The translations under genes and the position numbers were made by a program. Source: Candidatus Eiseniibacteriota bacterium (GTDB lineage: Bacteria; Eisenbacteria; RBG-16-71-46; DASYSL01). From it: a stretch of DNA of 64,000 nt. How positions within the stretch are numbered: the stretch's first letter is position 1; every line of letters begins with the position of its first letter. The notes beneath the pieces were generated by a model. That model did not search any database, was not told the origin of the DNA, and saw only the letters and a list, made by a program, of their open reading frames with translations. Location: assembly GCA_031431875.1 (NCBI GenBank), contig JANPEF010000061.1:32001-96000 (forward strand), in the 5' to 3' direction. Of this stretch, positions 46,997 to 55,339 are shown in pieces.

Positions 46997-47647
46997 ATGG
47001 CGGCCCGGTTCATCACGTTGGAAGGAGTGGAAGGGTCGGGCAAGAGCACCCAGCTCGCCCGGCTCGCTGCGAGCCTGCACGAACGCGGACTCTCACCGCT
47101 GGTGACGCGGGAGCCCGGCGGCACGCCGCTCGGCCGTGCGCTTCGGGACGCCCTGCTCGCACCCGGCGCCGACGCGCGCGCCCGCTCGCCGCTGACCGAG
47201 GCGTTGCTCATGGTGGCCGATCGACACGAGCACGTGGCGCGCGTGATCGCTCCGGCGCTCGCCGCAGGGCGCATCGTCCTCTGCGATCGCCATGCCGACT
47301 CGACGCTGGCCTACCAGGGAGGCGGTTCGGGCATCGCGCTCGAGACGCTGCGGTCGCTGAATGCGATCGCGGTCGGAGCGACGCGGCCGGTGCTCACGCT
47401 CCTGTTCGACCTGCCCGTCGAGGCGGCGCTCGCCCGCATGGCGGCGCGCGCGGGGCAGGCCGGCCCCGCTCCCGATCGATTCGAGGCCGAGACCGTCGCG
47501 TTTCACGAGCGGGTGCGGCGAGCCTATCTCGATCTCGCGTCCGCCGAGCCCGAACGCATCGTCGTGATCGATGCGCTGCGACCGGCCGATGACGTCTTCG
47601 CCGACGTCCGGAACAGGTTCGACGAGCTCCTGGCGACGACTTCCTGA
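46997..47647 (+). CDS. tmk: Thymidylate kinase
   Basis: FITLEGVEGSGKST, TREPGG and LCDRHADSTLAYQG motifs. Confidence 0.96.
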   Translation: MAARFITLEGVEGSGKSTQLARLAASLHERGLSPLVTREPGGTPLGRALRDALLAPGADARARSPLTEALLMVADRHEHVARVIAPALAAGRIVLCDRHADSTLAYQGGGSGIALETLRSLNAIAVGATRPVLTLLFDLPVEAALARMAARAGQAGPAPDRFEAETVAFHERVRRAYLDLASAEPERIVVIDALRPADDVFADVRNRFDELLATTS

Positions 47648-47732
47648 GCGAAACGCTGTGCTATTCTGAGCCGGTCGACCCGCGGCTCGACAGCGCGCCT
47701 GCGGACCCCAGTTTCGTCCCGAGGACAACTCC

Positions 47733-49349
47733 ATGCGCCCGCGCCACCTGGGAATCGCCGCCTTTCTCGTCGCCCTCTTCGGCGCCGGATTCATCGTCGG
47801 CAAGAGCCCGGCCGGGGCCGAGAGTTCGTACCGCGAACTCGACGCTTTCGTCGAGGTGCTGGGGAAGATCCAGCGCGACTACGTCGAGCCGGTGGACACG
47901 AAGAAGCTGGTGCGCGGCGCCATCGACGGGATGATGAAGGACCTCGATCCGTTCTCGCAGTACATGGACCTCGCCGACTACGCGGAGCTCAAGAGCGTGA
48001 CCCAGGGCCACTTCGGCGGCCTCGGCATCGTCATCTCGATCCGCGACGAGTATCCGACCGTGATCTCCCCGCTCGAGGGAACGCCGGCCTACTCGCAGGG
48101 CATCCAGAGCGGCGACGTCATCGTCAGGATCGCCGGCTCCTCGACGCGTGGCTGGTCGAACGAGGAGGCGGTGCAGAAGCTGCGCGGGCCCGAGGGCACG
48201 GACGTGACGATCACGATCGCGCGGGCGGGTGAGGAGGAGCGCGACTACACGATCAAGCGCGAGGAGATCCGCGTGAAGAGCGTGCCCTACGCGTTCGAGG
48301 TCGCCCCGGGCGTGGGGTACATCCGCGTTTCGACGTTTGCCGAGACGACCGGCGAGGAAGTGCGCGCCGCGATCGACCGGCTGGAGAAGGCCGGCGCCCA
48401 TTCGCTCGTGCTCGACCTGCGCGACAATCCCGGCGGCCTCCTGTCCCAGGCGGTGGACGTGACCGAGTCGTTCGTGCCCAAGGGCAGCCTCGTCGTCTAC
48501 ACGAAGGGCCGCTCGGCAGGTTCCGAGGTGAAGGCCTTCGCCGAGGGCACGGATCCGCACACCGAGCAGCCGCTCGTGGTCCTGTCGAACGGTGGCAGCG
48601 CCTCGGCGTCGGAGATCGTGGCCGGGGCTCTGCAGGACCTCGATCGCGGGCTCGTCGTGGGCACGACGTCGTTCGGCAAGGGTTCGGTCCAGAGCCTGAT
48701 CGAGCTGCAGGACCGCGGCACGGCGCTCAAGCTGACGACGGCGAAGTACTACACGCCGAGCGGCCGCTCGATCCACCGCGACACATGGAACAAGAGCACG
48801 CGCGATCTCGAGCGCGCGGCCGAGGATGGCTCGCTCGATCGGCTGGCCGATCCCGATGCGCCAGGCGGAGCCCACGGCGACTCGGCGGCCGGCGACTCGG
48901 CGGCGCGGCCGACATTCAAGACGCGCGCGGGACGCCTGGTCTACGGCGGCGGCGGGATCACGCCCGACGAGGTCGTGCGCGCCGACACGCTGCAGGCACT
49001 GTCGCGCGAGGTCGAGCGCCGCGGGTTGTTCTTCAAGCACGCCGTGCGCTGGGCGGCGGCGAACCCGGGCGCCACGGCCCCGGGCACGGTGTCGCCGGCG
49101 ATGTGGAACGGATTCGTCGGCCTGCTCGCCGAGACGAAGACGCCGTACACGCCGACGCAACTCGCGGGCGAGCGCACCTACCTCGAGCGCGGCATCCGCC
49201 GCGAGCTGTCGCGCCGCCTGGGCGGAGCGCGCGGCGACGAATCCGCGTTCAAGGTCGCGATCGAGGGCGACGTGCAGCTGGCGAAGGCGATCGAGCTGCT
49301 GGGCCGTGCCCGGACTCCCGGCGAGCTCGTCCGTCTCTCGGTCCGATGA
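47733..49349 (+). CDS. S41 family C-terminal processing protease (CtpA-like)
   Basis: LDPFS, PDZ domain, LDLRDNPGG, SASASEIVAGALQD, FGKGSVQ and YYTPSGR motifs. Confidence 0.95.
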   Translation: MRPRHLGIAAFLVALFGAGFIVGKSPAGAESSYRELDAFVEVLGKIQRDYVEPVDTKKLVRGAIDGMMKDLDPFSQYMDLADYAELKSVTQGHFGGLGIVISIRDEYPTVISPLEGTPAYSQGIQSGDVIVRIAGSSTRGWSNEEAVQKLRGPEGTDVTITIARAGEEERDYTIKREEIRVKSVPYAFEVAPGVGYIRVSTFAETTGEEVRAAIDRLEKAGAHSLVLDLRDNPGGLLSQAVDVTESFVPKGSLVVYTKGRSAGSEVKAFAEGTDPHTEQPLVVLSNGGSASASEIVAGALQDLDRGLVVGTTSFGKGSVQSLIELQDRGTALKLTTAKYYTPSGRSIHRDTWNKSTRDLERAAEDGSLDRLADPDAPGGAHGDSAAGDSAARPTFKTRAGRLVYGGGGITPDEVVRADTLQALSREVERRGLFFKHAVRWAAANPGATAPGTVSPAMWNGFVGLLAETKTPYTPTQLAGERTYLERGIRRELSRRLGGARGDESAFKVAIEGDVQLAKAIELLGRARTPGELVRLSVR

Positions 49350-49352
49350 CGA

Positions 49353-49458
49353 GCGGGTCGGGGCAGGGGCCGGCGGCTCAGGCATTCGGTTCCTGCACGT
49401 CGGCCTTCAGCCGACATGCAGGAACCTCAACTCGCCGGCGGCCCCTGCCCCGACCCGC
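49353..49458 (+). repeat. Rod-like palindromic element, copy 1
   Basis: Perfect 20-bp outer stem (49353-72 with 49439-58), internal loop TCAGGCATTC / TCAACTC, and a 16/17-bp inner stem (49388-404 with 49410-26). Confidence 0.85.
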
Positions 49459-49551
49459 ACGAGCGGTCGTGACTGAGACGCGCACGAGCCCGCCGGCCGC
49501 GCGCGAGCCCGCGCAGACGATGGCGCAGGCGTGGTACGTCCCGCCGGTCGA

Positions 49552-49659
49552 GGGTGGGGTCGTGGGGGGTCCGGGGCGAGTTGAGGAGCGTTCGCCGCGG
49601 CCGCAGGCCGTGGAGAACGCGACGAATGTCTGAGCCACGGACCCCCCACGACCCCACCC
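49552..49659 (-). repeat. Rod-like palindromic element, copy 2 (inverted, diverged)
   Basis: Perfect 22-bp outer stem (49552-73 with 49638-59). The minus strand has TCAGACATTC / TCAACTC internal-loop strands like copy 1. Confidence 0.85.
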
Positions 49660-50324
49660 CCGGCACGAGGACGCACTACGTCTGCGACTTCGACGGCACG
49701 GTTGCGCAGGACGACGTCGGCAATCGCTTCTTCCGCACGTTCACGACCGATGCCGTGGCGTGGGCGGCGATCATCGACGAATGGTTCGCGGGCACGCTGG
49801 GCGGGCGCGAGGTGCTGGCCCGCGAGTGCGCGTTGGTCGACGTCGACGAGCTGCGCCTCGCCGCATTCGTCGACGCGCACGCCCTCGACCCGGCGTTCGC
49901 GCCGTTCGTCGCGGCGGTGCGGGCCGCGGGCGACGAGGTGACGATCGCGTCGGACGGCTTGCTGCTCTACATCCGCCCGCTGCTCGACCGGCACGGCCTC
50001 GCCGGGGTGCAGGCGCGCTCGAACGACGCGCGCTTCGTCGCCGGGCGTCTCGAGCCGAGCTTCGGCACGCCGCCGGGCGAGGGCTGCGGTCGCTGCGGCA
50101 CGTGCAAGGGCGCCGTCCTGGCCGCACTGGCGCCGGCGCACGCGCGCATCGTGTTCGTCGGCGACGGGCTGTCCGATCGCTGTGCGGCGCCGCGCGCCGA
50201 TGTCGTCTATGCCAGGGACGACCTGATGACGTATTGCGTCGCGCAGGGAATTCCGGCGCGACCGTTCGAGACCTTCGAGGACGTGGCCCGCAGCGAGGGC
50301 CTGGTCCTCACGGAGCTGCGATGA
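49626..50324 (+). CDS. MtnX-like HAD-IB family phosphatase
   Basis: CDFDGT, IASDG, CGRCGTCKG and FVGDGLSDRC motifs. Confidence 0.88.
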   Translation: MSEPRTPHDPTPGTRTHYVCDFDGTVAQDDVGNRFFRTFTTDAVAWAAIIDEWFAGTLGGREVLARECALVDVDELRLAAFVDAHALDPAFAPFVAAVRAAGDEVTIASDGLLLYIRPLLDRHGLAGVQARSNDARFVAGRLEPSFGTPPGEGCGRCGTCKGAVLAALAPAHARIVFVGDGLSDRCAAPRADVVYARDDLMTYCVAQGIPARPFETFEDVARSEGLVLTELR

Positions 50325-51430
50325 GTCTTCGCATCGCCCACATCGAGGTCGAAGCGCCGGTCTTCCTCGCGCCCCTGGCGGGCGTCAGCGACGCGCCGTT
50401 CCGCCTGCTCTGCCGCGAGCAGGGGGCGGCTTGGGTGTGCTCCGAGCTGGTCTCCTCCGATGGGCTGATCCGCGGCAGCCAGAAGACGCTCGACTACCTC
50501 TACTTCTTCCCCGAGGAGCGGCCGGTCGGCGTGCAGCTGTTCGGCTCGGATCCGGCCGTCATGGCCGCGGCCGCGGCCTACGTCGCGGCGCGGCCGGCCG
50601 AGCTGCGACCCGACTTCATCGACATCAACATCGGCTGTCCCGTGCACAAGGTGGTGACGCGCGAGGCGGGGGCGGCCCTCCTGTGCAACCTGCCGCTGCT
50701 CGAGGAGATGGTGCGCGCCATCGTGGACGCCTCGAGCCTGCCCGTCACGGCGAAGACGCGCTGCGGCTGGGACAACGACCACAAGAACGGCGTCGAGGTG
50801 GCGCAGCGGCTCGAGCAGTGCGGTGTCGCCATGATCGCGATCCACGCGCGGACGCGGGCGCAGAAGTTCGAGGGTCTCGCCGACTGGAACGTGATCCGCG
50901 AGGCCAAGCAGAAGGTGTCGATCCCGCTGGTCGGCAACGGCGACGTGATGTCGCCCGCGGCGGCGAAGCGCATGCTCGACGAGACCGGTTGCGACGCGGT
51001 GATGGTGGGCCGCGGATCGTTCGGCAATCCGTGGATCTTCCGCGAGACCCGCGCGCTGCTCGAGCACGGCGTCGTGCTGCCGGTGGCGACGCCGCGCGAG
51101 CGCCTGGAAGCGCTGGTGCGCCAGTACCGCCTCGCGTGCACGATCATGAACCCGCGCCACGCCACCAACGAGATCAAGAAGCACGTCGCCTGGTATGTGA
51201 AGGGCCTGCCGCATGCCGTGCCGTTCAAGGAGCGCGGGCAGCGCATCGCCTCGCTGGACGAACTCGAGGCGCTGGCGGCCGAGTACCTGGCCGACCTCGA
51301 GGCGCGCGGCGTCGCCGACCTGCCGGGCGGGCTCGCGCCGCGTGCGCCGGCGCCGGTCGACGACGAACCGTTTCCGGCCGACGACGACGGCGCCGCCGAG
51401 GCCGCGTCGCTGGCCGCGCAGGAATCGTGA
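50321..51430 (+). CDS. dusB: tRNA-dihydrouridine synthase
   Basis: LAPLAGVSD, VQLFGS, IDINIGCP, IHART, GNGDV and VMVGRG motifs. ATGA overlap with the upstream gene. Confidence 0.93.
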   Translation: MSLRIAHIEVEAPVFLAPLAGVSDAPFRLLCREQGAAWVCSELVSSDGLIRGSQKTLDYLYFFPEERPVGVQLFGSDPAVMAAAAAYVAARPAELRPDFIDINIGCPVHKVVTREAGAALLCNLPLLEEMVRAIVDASSLPVTAKTRCGWDNDHKNGVEVAQRLEQCGVAMIAIHARTRAQKFEGLADWNVIREAKQKVSIPLVGNGDVMSPAAAKRMLDETGCDAVMVGRGSFGNPWIFRETRALLEHGVVLPVATPRERLEALVRQYRLACTIMNPRHATNEIKKHVAWYVKGLPHAVPFKERGQRIASLDELEALAAEYLADLEARGVADLPGGLAPRAPAPVDDEPFPADDDGAAEAASLAAQES

Positions 51431-52221
51431 AGCGCGCCGCGCGCGCGGGCCGGGGCCGCGCCGCCGATCGCCTGCTGCGTGGTCTCGGCCCCGCCGGCGT
51501 GCCGTTCGACGCGGCCATCGATGCGTTGCTCGACGCCGCCGTCGATGGGCTGCCCGACGCCGTGCTCGATCACGACCGGGCGCGGCGCTGCGGCGCACCC
51601 GAGGTCGTCTTCGGGCAGGGGAAGTCGCCCGCGCAGACGGTGGCCATCGCCCGGCGCCTGCACGCGCGCCACGGACGCGTCCTCGTCACGCGCGCCTTGC
51701 CCGCCGTCCAGGAAGCGCTCGTCGCGGCGTTCGCGCCGGCGGGTGCCCGGGCGCTCGCTCCCGTGCACGTGAACGAGCGCGCGCGCACGGTGCGCATCGG
51801 CGCGCCACCGCGCGCCACCGGGCGCGTCGCGGTCGTCGCGGCGGGCACGGCCGACCTGCCCGTCGCCGACGAGGCCGCCGAGACGCTGATCGCGCTCGGC
51901 TCGCGCGTCGAGCGCGTCAGTGACGTCGGCGTGGCGGGGCTTCATCGCCTGGTGCCGCGGCTGCCGTTGCTGCGGCGTGCGCGGGTCATCGTGGTGGTCG
52001 CCGGGATGGAGGGCGCGTTGCCCGGCGTGGTGCAGGGCCTGCTCTCCCGGCCCGTCGTCGCTGTGCCGACCAGCGTCGGCTATGGCGCCCACTTCCGCGG
52101 TCTCGCCGCGCTGCTCGCCATGCTCAACTCGTGTGCGGCGGGGATCACGGTGGTGAACATCGACAACGGCTTCGGCGCGGGCTACGCCGCGCACCTGATC
52201 AATCGCACGGGGGTCAAGTGA
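51427..52221 (+). CDS. larB: Nickel-pincer cofactor biosynthesis protein LarB
   Basis: PEVVFGQGK, AGTADLPVA, DVGVAGLHRL, AGMEGAL, VPTSVGYG and VVNIDNGFGA motifs. Confidence 0.93.
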   Translation: MKRAARAGRGRAADRLLRGLGPAGVPFDAAIDALLDAAVDGLPDAVLDHDRARRCGAPEVVFGQGKSPAQTVAIARRLHARHGRVLVTRALPAVQEALVAAFAPAGARALAPVHVNERARTVRIGAPPRATGRVAVVAAGTADLPVADEAAETLIALGSRVERVSDVGVAGLHRLVPRLPLLRRARVIVVVAGMEGALPGVVQGLLSRPVVAVPTSVGYGAHFRGLAALLAMLNSCAAGITVVNIDNGFGAGYAAHLINRTGVK

Positions 52222-53399
52222 GGCTCGCCTGGTTTGACGCCGGCTCGGGGGCCTCGGGCGACATGCTGCTGGCGGCACTCGTCGACGCGGGGGCCTCGTT
52301 CGACGCGCTCGCCGGCCTGCCCGCGCGGCTCGGTCTCGCGGGCGTCACGCTCGAGCGTTCCGAGGTTCGCCGCGGCGCGTTTCGCGCCTGCCGCATCGAG
52401 GTCCGGGTCGAGGGCAAGCAGCCGCACCGGCACCTCGAGGACGTGCGCGCGATCCTCGATCGCGCCGGGCTGCCGCCCGTGGCGCTGGCGCGCGCCCAGG
52501 CCGCGTTCACGCGACTGGGCGAGGCCGAGGCGCAGGTGCACGGGACGAGCCTCGAACAGGTGCACTTTCACGAGGTCGGCGCCGCCGATGCGCTGGTCGA
52601 CATCGCCGGCGCCTGCCTCGCGCTGACCGAACTCGGGGTGACGCAGGTGCACGCGACGGCGCTCGCGGTGGGCAGCGGCACCGTGCGTGCCGAGCACGGC
52701 GTCCTGCCGGTGCCCGCACCGGCCACCGCACGCCTGCTCGCGCTCGCGCACGCGCCGATCGACCTCGCGGCGCTCGAGGGCGAACGTCTCACGCCGACCG
52801 GCGCGGCGCTCCTGACGACGTGGGTCGAAGACTGGTCGCCGCCGCCGCCGTTTCGCGTGCTGGGGCAGGGCGTCGGCGCCGGCGGGCGCGACCCGGCGGA
52901 CCGCGCGAACGTGCTGCGCGTCCTCCTCGGCGAGACGGCCGCGCCGGCGACGCGCCGCGAGATCGTCGTGCTCGAGACCGCGCTCGACGACGCGAGCCCC
53001 CAGGTCCTGGCCCACGTCGCCGCGCGGCTGCTCGAGGTGGGCGCGCGCGACACCTGGACGACGCCCGTCGGCATGAAGAAGGGGCGCCCGGGCGTGCTCC
53101 TGACCGTGCTGTGCGACCCGGCCGATGCCGACCGGCTGGCCGCCTTCCTGTTCGCCCAGACGCCGACGATCGGGCTGCGCCGCACCCGTGCCGAGCGCCT
53201 CGAGTTGGCGCGCGAGAGCGCCGTCGTCCACCTGCCCGAGGGCGATGTTGTACTCAAGGTGGTCACGCTGCCCGATGGCTCGCGCCGCGCCCGCCCGGAG
53301 TACGAGAGCCTCGCCGCGCTGGCGCGCGACAGCGGCCGCCCGCTCGACGCGCTCGCCGCCGAGGCGCTGCGCGCTTTCGACGCGCCGTTGCGCGGCTGA
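52218..53399 (+). CDS. larC: Nickel insertase LarC
   Basis: SGASGDMLL, HFHEVGAADA, PVPAPAT, TPTGAA, MKKGRPG and PEYE motifs. GTGA overlap with larB. Confidence 0.93.
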   Translation: MRLAWFDAGSGASGDMLLAALVDAGASFDALAGLPARLGLAGVTLERSEVRRGAFRACRIEVRVEGKQPHRHLEDVRAILDRAGLPPVALARAQAAFTRLGEAEAQVHGTSLEQVHFHEVGAADALVDIAGACLALTELGVTQVHATALAVGSGTVRAEHGVLPVPAPATARLLALAHAPIDLAALEGERLTPTGAALLTTWVEDWSPPPPFRVLGQGVGAGGRDPADRANVLRVLLGETAAPATRREIVVLETALDDASPQVLAHVAARLLEVGARDTWTTPVGMKKGRPGVLLTVLCDPADADRLAAFLFAQTPTIGLRRTRAERLELARESAVVHLPEGDVVLKVVTLPDGSRRARPEYESLAALARDSGRPLDALAAEALRAFDAPLRG

Positions 53400-53410
53400 G
53401 TTCTCCGGCC

Positions 53411-54865
53411 GTGGCCGTGCCCCAGCTGCTCGCGCGCGGCCTCGTTGCGGCCCACCCCGGCCGGGCCGCCGACGAGCCCGCCGCCTGTGGACCGCTCGAT
53501 CTTGCGCTCGCGCCCGGCGGCTTCCTCACCCTGATCGGCGGCAACGGGAGCGGAAAGTCGGCGCTCCTGGCGACGCTTGCCGGGCTGATCGCCCCCGTCG
53601 CAGGAACGGTCGCGATCGGCGGACTCGACCCATTCGCGGCAGCCACCCGGCGCGCCGCCCGGCTCGACGTGGGTGTGGTCTTCCAGGAGCCCGAAACCCA
53701 GCACCTCACCGACGCGGTCGAACGCGAGATCGCCTTTCCCCTCGAGAACCTGGGCTGGGCCCGCGCGGACATCGTCGCCCGGGTCGATGCGGTCCTTGCC
53801 GCGCTGGGGCTCGAAGCGCTTCGCCATGCAGTGCCCGCGCACCTGTCGGGCGGGGAAGCGCAACGCGTCGCCCTTGCTGCAGCGCTGGCCCCGCGGCCCC
53901 GACTCCTCCTGCTGGACGAGCCCGCTTCGTACCTCGATCCGTCCGGCCGGGCGGCGCTCGTGGCGGCACTCGGGCCGCTGCGGGACTCCGGCACGGCGAT
54001 CGTATGGAGCGCGTGTGCGCGCCATGAGTCGCCCGACGACGGCGCTGTCCTCGACCTGGGGAGCGGCAGCTCCGGCGCGCCCGTCGCGGCTCCGATTGCT
54101 GGACTCTCCGCCGGATGGGCGGGAACTCGCGGGCTCGGCACCCTGCTCTGGGAGGCCGCGGGCCTCACGCTCACGCGCGGCGACGCCCGCGGCACGATCC
54201 GACTGTGGGGCGGGCTTGACCTGCGGATTCTGGCGGGGGAGCGCCGGTTGCTTCGTGGCGACAACGGGACGGGGAAGACGGCACTGCTGGACCTGCTTGC
54301 CGGGCTCGTCCCGGCGCGCGCGGGGAGCGGACTGGCCGGGCACTTCCAGGCCGCGGCACCCGAGGGCGGCCCTCGTCCTCGACTTCGCTACCTGACCCAA
54401 TTTCCGGAATCACAGCTTTTTGGGGCGACCGTGGGGGCCGACGTGGCCTTCGGGGTGAGCGGTACAGGCGCCGCCGTCCGCGAACGAACCCTCGCCGCAC
54501 TCGCCGCCGTCGGGCTCGACCCATGGGCGACCCTCGATCGATCCCCGGACTCCCTGAGCCTTGGCGAGCGCCGCCGGGTCGCCCTCGCCGGGGCCCTGAT
54601 CGGGGATCCGGACGTTCTCCTGCTCGATGAACCGACCGCGGGGCTCGACGAATCGGGGTGTTCCGCCCTGGAACATGCGCTCGAAGCCTGGGCGCTCGGC
54701 GGCGGCCTCCCCGGGGGAAGCGGGGCCGCCGAGATGCCCCGAACGCTCATCGTGGCCAGCCACGATCCGGCCTGGGCGGGGCATCCGGGGTGGCAATTGT
54801 GCTCGCTCCCGCACCCGGAGCGGGTCGTTGTGGGAGCTTCCGCGTCTCAGGGGTCGCGACCGTAA
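53411..54865 (+). CDS. ECF-type ABC transporter ATPase, fused double domain (divergent)
   Basis: Walker A GGNGSGKS and GDNGTGKT, VFQEPETQ and QFPESQLF, LSGGE and LSLGE, and LLDEP twice. The start could be 53411 or 53417. Confidence 0.8.
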   Translation: MAVPQLLARGLVAAHPGRAADEPAACGPLDLALAPGGFLTLIGGNGSGKSALLATLAGLIAPVAGTVAIGGLDPFAAATRRAARLDVGVVFQEPETQHLTDAVEREIAFPLENLGWARADIVARVDAVLAALGLEALRHAVPAHLSGGEAQRVALAAALAPRPRLLLLDEPASYLDPSGRAALVAALGPLRDSGTAIVWSACARHESPDDGAVLDLGSGSSGAPVAAPIAGLSAGWAGTRGLGTLLWEAAGLTLTRGDARGTIRLWGGLDLRILAGERRLLRGDNGTGKTALLDLLAGLVPARAGSGLAGHFQAAAPEGGPRPRLRYLTQFPESQLFGATVGADVAFGVSGTGAAVRERTLAALAAVGLDPWATLDRSPDSLSLGERRRVALAGALIGDPDVLLLDEPTAGLDESGCSALEHALEAWALGGGLPGGSGAAEMPRTLIVASHDPAWAGHPGWQLCSLPHPERVVVGASASQGSRP

Positions 54866-54878
54866 CGCACGAAATCGC

Positions 54879-54907
54879 TTGACACTTCCGGGACTTCCGC
54901 CTATCGT
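54879..54907 (+). promoter_or_regulatory. sigma70-type promoter upstream of the 1351-aa gene
   Basis: TTGACA-N17-TATCGT. Confidence 0.75.
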
Positions 54908-55339
54908 TTGCCGCGCACGAGGACAGAGGTGCCGAAGCGGCTTCTCGACTCGTTTTGCGGAATTGAACATTGAGCCGCCCCCAACTTTCCCCAGTGGGTC
55001 GGGCGTCCGTCGGTCAACCGTCGTTTCGACAGCAGTCGAGCACCACGCGTCGCACCACGCATCGACGTCGTACTCCATGGACTTCTCGGAGTCCGCAGCT
55101 TCGGAGGCGTGCGCACCGGCGATTCGAATTGTTTTCGATCTACACATCGTCTGATGACGAAATTGTCCAATCGAGAAAGGGGGGGTCGACACAACTGGTG
55201 ATGTACGCAGCGAAGGCCCCGGCTCGCAGCCTGCGGATCCCAAGATCCGCGATCGCGCGTCGGAGCTCCGGAACCTCGCTCGCAGCAACCTGGGAAGATC
55301 CTCGCATTGCCCGAATGCATTGCGAATGGAGGTAGTGAG

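Noticed and set aside
49353..49458. SRP (4.5S) RNA or 6S RNA as the identity of the rod hairpin
   Set aside because: It has no GGAA tetraloop or SRP domain IV motif on either strand, it is too short for 6S, and a second inverted copy is adjacent.
55151..55190. CTGATGA...GAAA resembling a hammerhead ribozyme core
   Set aside because: Stems I-III cannot be formed in the correct register. The segment is better explained by the small palindrome TCGTC-TGAT-GACGA.
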